Positions 46,543 through 56,163 of a stretch of DNA of 64,000 nucleotides are shown piece after piece. The position numbers were made by a program, and so were the translations under genes. The stretch lies in the NCBI GenBank assembly GCA_029880325.1, contig JAOUOP010000009.1, forward strand, positions 57,012 through 121,011, given 5' to 3'. Each line of letters starts with the position of its first letter. The stretch's first letter is position 1. The DNA comes from Myxococcales bacterium (GTDB lineage: Bacteria; Myxococcota_A; Polyangia; Polyangiales; JAFGIB01). The notes beneath the pieces are model-generated. The model was not told the DNA's origin. It did no database searches and was given only the letters and a program-made list of their open reading frames with translations.

Positions 46543-46624
46543 AACACGCTACTCCCGCCGCCCGACCGCAACGCCGACGCCCCCCCCGGGGGGGCGTCGC
46601 GCGCGGACGGGCGAGCCGTGGGCC

Positions 46625-47674
46625 CTACGGCGCCGGTACCGCCCCGTCCGCGCCACCCGGGGCCACGTAGGTGCCATCGGGCAGCAGGATGTCGCCCTGG
46701 CCGGTCGGGGTCAGCGAGCGCATGTAGATGATCAGGCCCGTGATCTCTTCCTCGGTGGCGTCCCACTTGTGGAAGTACTCGTAGGTCTCCTGATCGGTCA
46801 TGGCACCAAACATCTCGGGCAGGATGCGGAAGCCCACACCTTCGGGCTTGCTGCCGGTGGTCATGATGGCGCGCAGCTCCTCGTCGGAGAAGCGCGCGGC
46901 CTGGGTCGGGGTGTGCTGGATCTCGAAGTACTTGGCGCCCGAGGTGTGGCAGTTGTTGCAAGCCAAGCCCTCATCGGGCGGCGGTGGCATCCAGGTCGGA
47001 TCGAGCAGCGCCATGGCAAACGCTTCGAGGTCGACGGTCCCGAGATCGAGCTCGATGCCGTTGGCGTAGCGCGCCTCACCGGCGGCCCACTGCTCCGGCG
47101 TGGCGGAGGTCACGAACAGCGGCGCGGTGCCGCCGATGTCGCCGCTGCGGGCGGCGATGGTGATCTCGGGCACGTCCTCGACGATCGTAACCAGCACGCC
47201 CTCGTTGTCGGGGTCGGGGTCGAAGATGACGGCGCTGGCGGGGATCGCCGACCAGTCCGACAGCTCGATGGTCACCCCGTCTACGTAGACGGGGACCTGG
47301 AAGGTGTGCACGCCGTCGAAGGCCGAGTACATGGTGTCGTATACGAGCGTCAGCGCTTCCCAGTCGACGTTCGGGTCGAGCATCTCGGCGACCTCGGGCG
47401 GCACCTCGTTGGGAGGCGCGGTGCCTTCGCTCGCGCTGTCGCTGCCGGTGCCGTCGTTGGAGGTGGCCGGCGTCGTGCCACTGCCGTCGGTGGCGCCGTC
47501 GGTGGTGGCGCCGCCGCCCCCGGCCCCGTCCGCGGTGCCGGACGTATTGGACGGACCATCGGCGAGGGTCGTGCCCACGGGGTCATCGTTGGCCGCGCTG
47601 CAGCCCCAGGATACCAAAAAGCTCGTCGCAGCGAGGGCGATGCCCGGCCACTGCCTCAGTCGATTGCGTTGCAT
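46625..47674 (-). CDS. Lipoprotein with C-terminal monoheme cytochrome c domain
   Basis: ATG 47674 (MQRNRLRQWPGIALAATSFLVSWGC). CNNCH, followed by FSDEELRAIMTTG...ITGLIIYMRSL, typical of class I cytochrome c. Confidence 0.65.
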   Translation of the reverse strand: MQRNRLRQWPGIALAATSFLVSWGCSAANDDPVGTTLADGPSNTSGTADGAGGGGATTDGATDGSGTTPATSNDGTGSDSASEGTAPPNEVPPEVAEMLDPNVDWEALTLVYDTMYSAFDGVHTFQVPVYVDGVTIELSDWSAIPASAVIFDPDPDNEGVLVTIVEDVPEITIAARSGDIGGTAPLFVTSATPEQWAAGEARYANGIELDLGTVDLEAFAMALLDPTWMPPPPDEGLACNNCHTSGAKYFEIQHTPTQAARFSDEELRAIMTTGSKPEGVGFRILPEMFGAMTDQETYEYFHKWDATEEEITGLIIYMRSLTPTGQGDILLPDGTYVAPGGADGAVPAP

Positions 47675-47854
47675 CTGAGTCCTCCACGATTCGCGGCGAC
47701 CCGACCGTGCCTGTGTCCCAAAGCAGTCCACGAGCGCTGTACTCGCTCGCCATCGAATGCTCGGAACCAAGGCCTTCCCATACCTGCGAATCCACTACCT
47801 ACAAAACCGACCCGAACCTACCCGCAAGTGGAAGAGAATGCTACACCCCTGGGG

Positions 47855-48139
47855 ATGCCGATCCCTAGAACGCAAAAGTCGCGAGAGGCCGCGATCGCTG
47901 GAAAACGAGCGGCGGCTCGCGGTTTCGGTGCGCGCTTCGCCCTGCCCGTCTTGCTCGTGCTTTCGGCCGCGCCGGCCTGCGCCACGGTCGCCCCCTACGA
48001 GCGCGAACGCCTGGCAAAAGCCGACATGCAAGAGGGCCGTAACCCGGACCTGCGCGCCGGCGAAGAGCATGCCACCGCCTACCGCGAAGGCTCGAGCGGG
48101 GCCACCGGCAGCAGCGGCGGCGGCTGCGGCTGCAACTGA
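47855..48139 (+). CDS. DUF4266-like small lipoprotein
   Basis: 94 aa from ATG 47855. Signal ALPVLLVLSAAPAC, then VAPYERERLAKADM and the terminal GGGCGCN typical of this family (recalled). It is the only credible part of track ORF 46460..48139. Confidence 0.6.
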   Translation: MPIPRTQKSREAAIAGKRAAARGFGARFALPVLLVLSAAPACATVAPYERERLAKADMQEGRNPDLRAGEEHATAYREGSSGATGSSGGGCGCN

Positions 48140-48250
48140 GGCATTACGGCTTCGGCCCCGCGTCGCCCAAGGCGGCAAAATCGTGACCCAATCGGCCAAA
48201 GTATTGGCAAAAGATTGGCCCGGACCAGACAGGCAGCGGACGGAGCCCCC

Positions 48251-49099
48251 TCAGCTCGCCGCCTCCAGCGCGGCGCTCGGCACAGCTTTTTTTCGGTAGG
48301 CGACAGCCCGCTCGAAGCGCGTGAGCTGGTAGTCGTCGTCGATGCCCAAGGTGGTCTCGGAGCCGCCCAGGAAAAAGTAGCCCTCGTGATCCATCACGCC
48401 GCGCACCCTGCGCAAGATGGTCTTCTTGGTGGCCGTGTCGAAGTAGATCAGCACGTTGCGAATCAGGACCAGATCCATCCTGGGGATCGCAGGCCAGGCG
48501 GACGCCAAGTTCATCTGGCGAAAGTCGATCAGCTCGCGCAGCTGTTGCTTGACCTGCCACTGGGCACCGTTTTTGTCGAAGTACTTGACGAGCATGCGCG
48601 CGGGTAACCCGCGATTGACTTCGAGCTGCGAATACAGACCTTCCTGGGCCCGGGCCAGCACCTGGGTGTCGATGTCGGTGCACAACATTTGAACCGAGCG
48701 CCGATCCAGGCCCTTGATGCAATTGGCCAGGGTCATCAGCACACTGTAGGGCTCCTGGCCGGTCGAGGTCGCACCGCACCAAATGCGGATCGGCTGCCGG
48801 CCGCGGCGCGCGACGATGTCCGGAATGACCTTCTGCTCCAGCGCACGATAGACACCGGCGTCCCGGAAGAACGACGTCTCGTTGGTCGTCATGGCCTCGA
48901 CCACCTTGCGGTGCAGCTCACCCCAACGGCTCGCGCGCAGCCGTCTGATCAGCTCGGCGACGCTTTCGAGCTTCTCCGAACGAACCAAGGTCCCCAAGCG
49001 CGCATCGACCAGATAGACCTTCGTGTCGTCGAGCACGATGGCAGAGTTGTCACGCACCATGGTTTGGATGTACTGGAATTCGGCGGGGGTAACACCCAT
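48251..49099 (-). CDS. cheR: Chemotaxis methyltransferase CheR
   Basis: TTNETSFFRD, a SAM-binding IWCGATSTGQEPYS motif and LIRNVLIYFD. Confidence 0.93.
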   Translation of the reverse strand: MGVTPAEFQYIQTMVRDNSAIVLDDTKVYLVDARLGTLVRSEKLESVAELIRRLRASRWGELHRKVVEAMTTNETSFFRDAGVYRALEQKVIPDIVARRGRQPIRIWCGATSTGQEPYSVLMTLANCIKGLDRRSVQMLCTDIDTQVLARAQEGLYSQLEVNRGLPARMLVKYFDKNGAQWQVKQQLRELIDFRQMNLASAWPAIPRMDLVLIRNVLIYFDTATKKTILRRVRGVMDHEGYFFLGGSETTLGIDDDYQLTRFERAVAYRKKAVPSAALEAAS

Positions 49100-49103
49100 G
49101 TTC

Positions 49104-50225
49104 CTACTCCTGTACCGCGACCCGCGCGGCTACACTCAACGCACCGCGTCCCGATCGGGACGCCAAGACACGACGCACCAGCTCCCTTCCCAATTCCTTG
49201 GGCGGTAGCGTGACGCTGCTGAGCCCGGCACGAACGACGTGGCCGGGCATGCCCCACACCACCGAACTCGCTTCGTCCTGAGCCATGATCAGGGCGCCCC
49301 GATCGCGGAGCTTCTCACAGCCCAGCAAGCCGTCCTGACCCATGCCCGTGAGGATTACCCCCAGAGCTCGGCCACCGTAGAGCGTGGCGACCGACTCGAA
49401 GAGCACATCCACCGCGGGACGGCAGAAATGGACCGGAGCCCCCTGGTCGAGCTTCACCGTGACTTTCGGGGAAGCGCTGAGTCTCATGTGATGGTCGCCC
49501 GGCGCGATCAACGCCTGACCCGGTATCAGCGCCTCGCCCCCCTTGGCTTCTGCCACACCGATCTTGCACTGCCCGTCCAGGCGCTCGGCCAAGAAACGGG
49601 TGAACACCGGTGGCATGTGCTGAACCAACACAAGCGGCACGGGGAAGTCCGCCGGGAACACCGAGAGAAACTCCGCCAGCGCGTTGGGGCCTCCAGTGGA
49701 GGACCCGACGGCCACCAGCTCCACCGGCTGCGACGGTGGCGGCCGCAGAGGGCGCACCACGCGCCGCGGCTCGGACTTCGCTGCGGCCTTGGCGGGAGTG
49801 AATACGGGCTTGGTCGGCCTGGGTCCGAAGGCTTTGATCTTGGGGATCAGCTCCTTGCGCAGGCGATCGAGGGACTCGGTGACGCTGCCCACGTTGGCGG
49901 GCTTGGTGACGTAGTCGTTGGCACCCAGGGCGAGCGCATCGAGCGTTGCCACCGCTCCGCGCTCGGTCAGGGTGCTGAACATTATAACCGGAAGTTTTGG
50001 ATAGAGCTTGCGAATTTCCGCAAGGGTCGCGAGCCCGTCCATCTCCGGCATTTCCATGTCCAGCGTCACCACGTCAGGCTGCAGCTGCTGAATCTTGTTG
50101 AGGCCGATCCTGCCGTGGGCGGCGCTGCCCACGACCTGCAGGGCCGGATCCTCACCGAGGGTGGTGGTCAGAATGCGCCGTACGACGATCGAGTCGTCGA
50201 CGACGAGCACGCGAATGGCAGACAC
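49104..50225 (-). CDS. cheB: Chemotaxis methylesterase/deamidase CheB
   Basis: REC domain (IRVLVVDDS...VVTLDMEMPEMDG) plus an esterase domain (GSSTGGP, ...GMGQDG...). Confidence 0.93.
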   Translation of the reverse strand: MSAIRVLVVDDSIVVRRILTTTLGEDPALQVVGSAAHGRIGLNKIQQLQPDVVTLDMEMPEMDGLATLAEIRKLYPKLPVIMFSTLTERGAVATLDALALGANDYVTKPANVGSVTESLDRLRKELIPKIKAFGPRPTKPVFTPAKAAAKSEPRRVVRPLRPPPSQPVELVAVGSSTGGPNALAEFLSVFPADFPVPLVLVQHMPPVFTRFLAERLDGQCKIGVAEAKGGEALIPGQALIAPGDHHMRLSASPKVTVKLDQGAPVHFCRPAVDVLFESVATLYGGRALGVILTGMGQDGLLGCEKLRDRGALIMAQDEASSVVWGMPGHVVRAGLSSVTLPPKELGRELVRRVLASRSGRGALSVAARVAVQE

Positions 50226-50596
50226 TAGCCCCCCCCGACGCCGAGAAGCTCGAGCTTCTCCTGAATTACCTCTTTGGTAAAAGGCTTCATCACGTACTCG
50301 TCGGCGCCCGCGTCCAGTGCCTGCTGCATTTGCTCCAACTCCGACTCGGTGGTGACCATCATCACTCGCATCGAGTCGAAATCTGAGCGCGTGCGAATCA
50401 TGCGCACGAAGTCGTAGCCGTTCATCTCCGGCATATTCCAGTCGACCAAGGCGAGCTCGGGGTGCTCGACTTCGCGCAGCAGCTGCAGCGCGTCCAGACC
50501 ATGGGCCGCTTCGAGAACCTCGAATCCCACTTCCTTCAGAATCTTGCCGAGGATCTTCCTCATCGCGGTCGAGTCGTCGACTACCAATGCTCGCAT
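50225..50596 (-). CDS. cheY: Chemotaxis response regulator CheY
   Basis: 123 aa from ATG 50596. MRALVVDDSTAMRKIL...LALVDWNMPEMNG...YVMKPF. The track ORF extends upstream into the spacer. Confidence 0.9.
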   Translation of the reverse strand: MRALVVDDSTAMRKILGKILKEVGFEVLEAAHGLDALQLLREVEHPELALVDWNMPEMNGYDFVRMIRTRSDFDSMRVMMVTTESELEQMQQALDAGADEYVMKPFTKEVIQEKLELLGVGGG

Positions 50597-50654
50597 CGTC
50601 TTGCTCTCCTGTGCGCGACCTGTCGGCCGTGTCGTTCGATAGGGGTCATGAAGA

Positions 50655-50688
50655 GGCCGGGCGGACGAGGGCGGACGCCCGCCCGGCC
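50655..50688 (-). terminator. GC-rich hairpin between mcp and cheY (attenuator/terminator-like)
   Basis: The 10-bp arms ggccgggcgg and ccgcccggcc enclose a 14-nt loop. The hairpin starts 7 nt after the mcp stop and has only a weak U-rich tail. Confidence 0.4.
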
Positions 50689-50694
50689 CTCGGG

Positions 50695-53064
50695 TCAACC
50701 CTTTTGCAGCTCTGCCGCCATACGATTGAGTTCCTCGGCGGCGCGTTGGCAATCGGCCGCTCCGGTCGTCGTGCTCTGAGCCGCGTCCGCGACCGCCGTG
50801 ATGTTCTCGGCGATCTCGGCGCTGCCGCGTGCGGCCTCGCTGATGTTGCGGCTGATGTCGCTGGCGGTCGCGGTCTGCTCCTCAACCGCCGTGGCGATGG
50901 TCACCTGGATGTCGTTGATCTGCTTGACGATCTCGTTGATCTGGGCGATGGCCTCGACAGCGCCGTTGGTGTCGCCCTGGATCGCCTCGATCTTCTGGCT
51001 GATGTCCTCCGAGGCGGTGGCCGTTTCCTTGGCCAACTCCTTGACCTCGTTGGCCACGACGGCAAATCCCTTGCCGGCTTCGCCCGCGCGCGCCGCCTCG
51101 ATGGTGGCGTTGAGCGCCAGCAGGTTGGTCTGCTGCGCGATGGAGGTGATCACCTTGATGACCTTGCCGATCTCCGTGCTGCTCTCACCCAACTTGGCCA
51201 CGGTGGCGTTGGTGCGCTCTGCCAGCTCGACACCCGTGGTGGCGACGCCCGAAGCATCGCTGGCGTTTTGCGCGATCTCCTTGATGCTGGCGCCCAGCTG
51301 CTCCATGCCGGCGGCCACGGTCTGCACGTTGCGGCTAACCTGCTCGCTGGCAGCCGAGACCACGTTGGCCTGGGCCGAGGTTTCCTCGGCGTTCGAAGCC
51401 ATCTGTTGACTGACAGCGAGCAGCTCCTCCGACGAGGTTGCAAGCGCGGTCTGCAGCTCGGCTGCGGTCTTTTCGTCGGCCACTTGCTGGGTGATGTCCG
51501 ACCAGGTCACCATGGCACCGATGTAGTCGCCCCGATTGTCGTAGATCGGGCTGACCAGCAGATCGAGGGTGGCCGGGCCCACCCCGATCTTGGCGTTGTG
51601 CGGCAAGTTGCTGGAGTCGGAGAGCAGGGCGCGCTGATGGGCTGGATTCTTGTGGAAAACGTCGATGCAGGTGCCCACGAGATCGTCGACCCGAACCGGT
51701 AGGTATTGCTCGAGGGTCTTGAGCGTACGCGTGGACGCGGGGTTTACGTACTGGATGACGTTGTCGCGGTCGGCGAACATCACGTTGACCGGCGCGTTCT
51801 CCATCATCGAGTTCACGCGCGCCATTTCGCGCTCGAGCTTCAGCCGATCGGTCACCACCTCCCAGGTCACCATCGGTCCCACGAACTGCCCGTCGGTGCC
51901 GTAGACGGCGCTGACCAGGAGGTCGAGGTACTCGCCTCCGAGTTCGATGACCGCGCGGTGGGGAAGGTTCCTGGGGTCACCCAGGAGTTTCCGCTGGTGG
52001 GATGGATTTTTGTGAAAGATGTCGACCGACGAGCCCACCACCTCGCTGGCGCGGCAGGGCAAGAGGTGCTCGATCTTCTTCAGCGTCTCGACCGAAGCCT
52101 TGTTGATATAGCGGATCACCAGATCGGTGTCGGCGAACATCACGTTCAGCGGCGCCCCATCGAGCATGGTGCGGTACTGTGCCAGATCGTCATCGTCGGA
52201 AGCGGCGCGGTCGCTTACGTTTTCCCAGCTCGCAACGTAGCCCTCGATCTTGCCCTTGTCGTCGAGCATGGCCTGAAAGCGCGTCTCGATGGTGGCCTCG
52301 CCCAGCTGCACGCTGCTGCTCTCGGGCAGCTTGCGCGGATCGGAAAGCAACCTCTTGGCCTTGCGACCGCGCTCGTGCAAGTCGAAGAGGTCGGCCCCCT
52401 CCCAGTCGTCGACGCCCCAGCCCAACGCCTCCAACGCGCTTTCGGGCAGCTCATCGAGGGCCTGTCGTGCCGCCTCGTTGGCGTGGGTAATCTTCAAGTT
52501 GGCCCCGGCCACAAAAATGCAGACCGGCGCCGCATCGAGCGCGACCTGACTCACGCGCGCCATCTCACCGGGCGGTTTGGGCACAGCCGACAAATGTGCG
52601 GGCGGCTGCACGGACGTTCCATTGCTTCGCATCGACTTTCCTCCGTTCGCGGGCTTTTCTTCGCTCGCCCGAGTACTCTTTTGATTGACGACCGATTCCT
52701 TCACAGACGCGGCCACGCCCAGCACTTCGTTGGCCAGGGCGGAGGGCACGCGCAGGGACTTCAGCGCGGCCCTGAGGTGCAGGGCCACGGCCTCGAAGTG
52801 CTCGCCCTCGATCGGAAGATGCGCATGGGCATCCTTCATGCTGCGACCCCGGTAGCGGTTCGGCCCCCCGAACGCATGGGTCAGGAAATCCACCTGCTGA
52901 TTCTTGAGCCAGCGGATATCGACGCCCTCGAAGAACGGCTCCAGGCTATCGTCGCTCAAGACGCGCAGGTAGAGTTCGTCGACCACCGCACGGATGGCCT
53001 TGCGGCCTCCGAGGCGTTCGAAGAGCGGCGGGGTGCTAGCGGCTGCGTTTGCGGAACGTGACAT
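50695..53064 (-). CDS. Soluble methyl-accepting chemotaxis protein: truncated hemoglobin + 3 PAS + MCP signalling domain
   Basis: aa 10-125, [70 protein letters not shown], fit the group I trHb pattern. Three PAS-like repeats follow, two carrying (D)IFHKNP. The C-terminal hairpin has [28 protein letters not shown]. No TM segment is present. Confidence 0.85.
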   Translation of the reverse strand: MSRSANAAASTPPLFERLGGRKAIRAVVDELYLRVLSDDSLEPFFEGVDIRWLKNQQVDFLTHAFGGPNRYRGRSMKDAHAHLPIEGEHFEAVALHLRAALKSLRVPSALANEVLGVAASVKESVVNQKSTRASEEKPANGGKSMRSNGTSVQPPAHLSAVPKPPGEMARVSQVALDAAPVCIFVAGANLKITHANEAARQALDELPESALEALGWGVDDWEGADLFDLHERGRKAKRLLSDPRKLPESSSVQLGEATIETRFQAMLDDKGKIEGYVASWENVSDRAASDDDDLAQYRTMLDGAPLNVMFADTDLVIRYINKASVETLKKIEHLLPCRASEVVGSSVDIFHKNPSHQRKLLGDPRNLPHRAVIELGGEYLDLLVSAVYGTDGQFVGPMVTWEVVTDRLKLEREMARVNSMMENAPVNVMFADRDNVIQYVNPASTRTLKTLEQYLPVRVDDLVGTCIDVFHKNPAHQRALLSDSSNLPHNAKIGVGPATLDLLVSPIYDNRGDYIGAMVTWSDITQQVADEKTAAELQTALATSSEELLAVSQQMASNAEETSAQANVVSAASEQVSRNVQTVAAGMEQLGASIKEIAQNASDASGVATTGVELAERTNATVAKLGESSTEIGKVIKVITSIAQQTNLLALNATIEAARAGEAGKGFAVVANEVKELAKETATASEDISQKIEAIQGDTNGAVEAIAQINEIVKQINDIQVTIATAVEEQTATASDISRNISEAARGSAEIAENITAVADAAQSTTTGAADCQRAAEELNRMAAELQKG

Positions 53065-53101
53065 TGATGGGCTCTCCTGGAAAATCGCTCGGAATGTTCT
53101 T

Positions 53102-53563
53102 TCAGTTGACCGTGGCGTGATGCCGGCTTTCGCCGCCGACGGTGTTGATGGCGCGGTCGATATCGAGAATCAGCAGCAATTTGCCCTCGAGCTTGTAGAC
53201 GCTGCTGACCAGTTCGCGGGTAACGTCCCGCAGGGTGGCCGGGGGCGACTCGATGCAGTCGTCGTCGACTTCCATCACATCGCCGATCTCATCGACCAGG
53301 AGGCTGACCGGACCGTCTCCCGTACGCACGACGACGTTCATCGGAAGTTGGCCCTCGTCTGCATCGGGCAGGAGAAAGCGGCGCCTGAGATCGATGGCCG
53401 TCACGATCTGCCCCCGCAGGTTGATGAGCCCGCGCACCACCTTGGAGACGATAGGAACGGGAGTCATCTGCTGATAGCGCAGAACTTCCTGAACTTTTTC
53501 CACCTCGACCCCGAAGAAGAGGTCGCCGAGGTGAAAGGTGCAAATCTGATGGGTCTCGTGCAT
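53102..53563 (-). CDS. cheW: Chemotaxis coupling protein CheW
   Basis: 153 aa. [22 protein letters not shown] and [19 protein letters not shown]. Confidence 0.92.
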   Translation of the reverse strand: MHETHQICTFHLGDLFFGVEVEKVQEVLRYQQMTPVPIVSKVVRGLINLRGQIVTAIDLRRRFLLPDADEGQLPMNVVVRTGDGPVSLLVDEIGDVMEVDDDCIESPPATLRDVTRELVSSVYKLEGKLLLILDIDRAINTVGGESRHHATVN

Positions 53564-53566
53564 CGC

Positions 53567-55918
53567 TCAGGCTCCCGCCGCCATCGGCAAGCTGTCTTCG
53601 AATATATGACTGGAGACCGTGGAGACGACGGCATCGAGGTCGATCAACTCGACCACGCGCCCCTGCACCACGGTTGATCCGAGCACCCCGTTGCGTCGCC
53701 CGACTGGACGCAGATCGACGTGCTCGTCGACGATGTCGCGAATCGTGTCCACAGCCACGCCCACGTTGCGACCATTCTGGGAGTAGACCACCACATGCAT
53801 CACGTCGCGGTCACCCCCTCCGGAACCAATGTTGGGGTGATTGACTACGGCACCCAGGTGGGCGACCGGCATGATGTCGCCTCGGTACTGGATCACGTCG
53901 TAGGTGCCCACGCTCTCGAGCGCAGTCGCTGGCAGTTCCTCGAGCCGCGCGACTTTGGAAAGCGGAATCGCAAAAGGGCGTTGATTGACGTCCACCAGGA
54001 GCAGCGTTTGACGGTCACCACGCTCAGAGGATTCCGACTCGAGCACCTCGCTCAGGTCGCGCGCCTGGGCTTCGGAGATGACACGGGCCTGCTGCGCCAG
54101 ACCGAGCACGTCCAGGATCAACGCCACGCGCCCATCTCCCATGATGGTCGCGCCCGCGAACGCGCTGGCAGCCTTGAGCTGCTTGCCCAGGGGCTTGACC
54201 ACGATTTCCTCGGTGTCCTGCACCCCGTCGACCACCAGTCCAAACTGGCGATCGTCTGCCTGCAGCACCACGATATTGCAGATTTCGTCCTGCCCATCGG
54301 TTGGGGATTCAATGCCCAACTCCTGATTGAGGTATACGAGCGGTAGAAGTTGGCCGCGCAGCCGGTAAACGGGCGCCGACTGGATACGCTCGATACCGCT
54401 GCGCACCTGCTCGCCTTCCAGCCGCACGAGTTCCAGCAAACTGACCTGCGGGATCGCGTAGCGCTCCCCCCCACAGCGCACGATCAGGGCGGGGATGATG
54501 GCCAGCGTCAGGGGGATCTTCACCTTGAAGGTGGTTCCCTTGCCGGGCGCACTGTGGAGGTCGACAGTGCCACCGATGCGCTCGATGTTGGTCTTGACCA
54601 CGTCCATACCGACGCCCCGACCCGAAACATTGGTGACCTGCTCCGCCGTCGAAAAGCCTGGCAGGAAGATCAAGTTGAGCAATTGCCGCTCACCCATTCG
54701 CGACAGCTGCTCGGCGCTGAGTAGACCGCGGTCGAGGGCACGCTGCTTGAGCTTCTCCGGCGAGATGCCGGCGCCGTCGTCGGCGATCTCAATGTTGACC
54801 TGACCACCCTCGTGATAGGCGCGCAGCTGCAGCACGCCCACCGGATCCTTGCCCGCGGCCCTGCGATCATCGGGGCGCTCGATGCCGTGGTCGACGCAGT
54901 TGCGGACCAGGTGCGTCAACGGGTCCTTGATCGCCTCGATCAGTGTACGGTCAAGACCGGTCTCCTTGCCTTCCATCTCTAGGCGGACCTGTTTGCGACA
55001 GGTTCTGGCCAGGTCTCGAACGACCCGCGGTAGTTTGCTCCAGACGGTGCCGATGGGCTGCATACGCGTGCGCATCACGCCCTCCTGCAGCTCCGTGGTC
55101 ACCAGGTTCAAGCGCTGGGTGGTGGCCTGTAACGCCTGGTTATCGACCTCATCGGCAAACTGCAAAATCTGGTTGCGAGCCAGAACCAGCTCTCCCACCA
55201 GATTCATCAGCTTGTCCAGGAGGTCTACGTGCACACGAATGCTGGAGTCGGCCACCGCTGTCGAGCCGGAGCGGCTTTCACTGCTGAAGGCCTCCTCGGA
55301 GTCGACCACGGCTGCGGCTTCGGGCACCTTCGTTTCAGTCGGCGGCGCGCTGGGAGCGGCGACCGGAGCTTGCGCAGCCGCCTCTTCGATCGCCTGCTCG
55401 AAGTCGGACTCGATTGTGGCTGCGACAGGAGCCGCTTCGGAGACGCCGGCCGACCGCGGCTCCACCTCGACCACGGGCTCGGAGGCCTGCGCTGCGGGCT
55501 CGGAGGCCTGCGCTTCGGCCTCCTCGCTGGCGCCGGGCTCGAGCAGACGTGTAAGTTCGGCCACGAGCGCCGAGTAATCGCCGTCGCCCTCTTCGCCCAC
55601 GTGCTCAATATTAGCCAGCATCTCACGCACGGCGTCGACAGTCTTGAGCAACGCCGTGGCGATGGCCCCGTCGAGCTGGATCGCGCCATCGCGAATCCGG
55701 CTCAGGAGGTTTTCACCGACATGGGTCAGGGCCTCGAGCTTGCTGTAGCCCAAGAAGCCGCAGGTACCCTTGATGGTGTGGATCGTCCGGAAGATGCGAG
55801 CGATGACCTCCGGCTCGTTGGGCGATTCCTCGAGTATCACCAGGTCGCGCTCGAGCTGGTCCAGGTTCTCGTAACTCTCGATCAAAAACTCTTGTACGAC
55901 GTCGTCGAGATCATCCAT
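53567..55918 (-). CDS. cheA: Chemotaxis histidine kinase CheA with two tandem CheW-like domains
   Basis: Hpt (RIFRTIHTIKGTCG), a dimerisation domain and HATPase (DDGAGI...GRGVGMDVV). The first CheW-like domain is CGGERYAIPQVSLLELV...GDGRVALILDV. The second is LLLVDVNQRPFAIPLSKVARLEEL...QGRVVELIDLD. Confidence 0.92.
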   Translation of the reverse strand: MDDLDDVVQEFLIESYENLDQLERDLVILEESPNEPEVIARIFRTIHTIKGTCGFLGYSKLEALTHVGENLLSRIRDGAIQLDGAIATALLKTVDAVREMLANIEHVGEEGDGDYSALVAELTRLLEPGASEEAEAQASEPAAQASEPVVEVEPRSAGVSEAAPVAATIESDFEQAIEEAAAQAPVAAPSAPPTETKVPEAAAVVDSEEAFSSESRSGSTAVADSSIRVHVDLLDKLMNLVGELVLARNQILQFADEVDNQALQATTQRLNLVTTELQEGVMRTRMQPIGTVWSKLPRVVRDLARTCRKQVRLEMEGKETGLDRTLIEAIKDPLTHLVRNCVDHGIERPDDRRAAGKDPVGVLQLRAYHEGGQVNIEIADDGAGISPEKLKQRALDRGLLSAEQLSRMGERQLLNLIFLPGFSTAEQVTNVSGRGVGMDVVKTNIERIGGTVDLHSAPGKGTTFKVKIPLTLAIIPALIVRCGGERYAIPQVSLLELVRLEGEQVRSGIERIQSAPVYRLRGQLLPLVYLNQELGIESPTDGQDEICNIVVLQADDRQFGLVVDGVQDTEEIVVKPLGKQLKAASAFAGATIMGDGRVALILDVLGLAQQARVISEAQARDLSEVLESESSERGDRQTLLLVDVNQRPFAIPLSKVARLEELPATALESVGTYDVIQYRGDIMPVAHLGAVVNHPNIGSGGGDRDVMHVVVYSQNGRNVGVAVDTIRDIVDEHVDLRPVGRRNGVLGSTVVQGRVVELIDLDAVVSTVSSHIFEDSLPMAAGA

Positions 55919-56163
55919 GGCTTCGCTTGCACTCCATCACAAGGTGCGGGTCGGTGTATTCAAGGTCGGGTGCGCGCCGGACCCCTACGCGGTGACAGCT
56001 CCCTCGCCGCGCAGATGAGTACCGTCGTAGTACCCGGTGACTAAGCAAGACGCGTGCCTCGCCGGTGCAGGGCAAAGCACGCGAAAAAGTGCGCGTGATG
56101 TCGGTCGCCAGCCCCCGCTTCGGCAAGCCTCTGGCGCTGTGCTGACATGGCCTTGACATCCCC

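Noticed and set aside
46460-48139. 559-aa plus-strand ORF.
   Set aside because: Most of it is antisense to the cytochrome-like lipoprotein gene 46625..47674. Only the terminal 94 codons (47855..48139) have a signal peptide and a recognisable (DUF4266-like) sequence.
48140-48250. Three ATTGGC-containing near-repeats between the DUF4266-like gene and cheR.
   Set aside because: They are short (6-bp core), irregularly spaced, and lie in a convergent 3'-3' spacer. The evidence is insufficient for a functional element.
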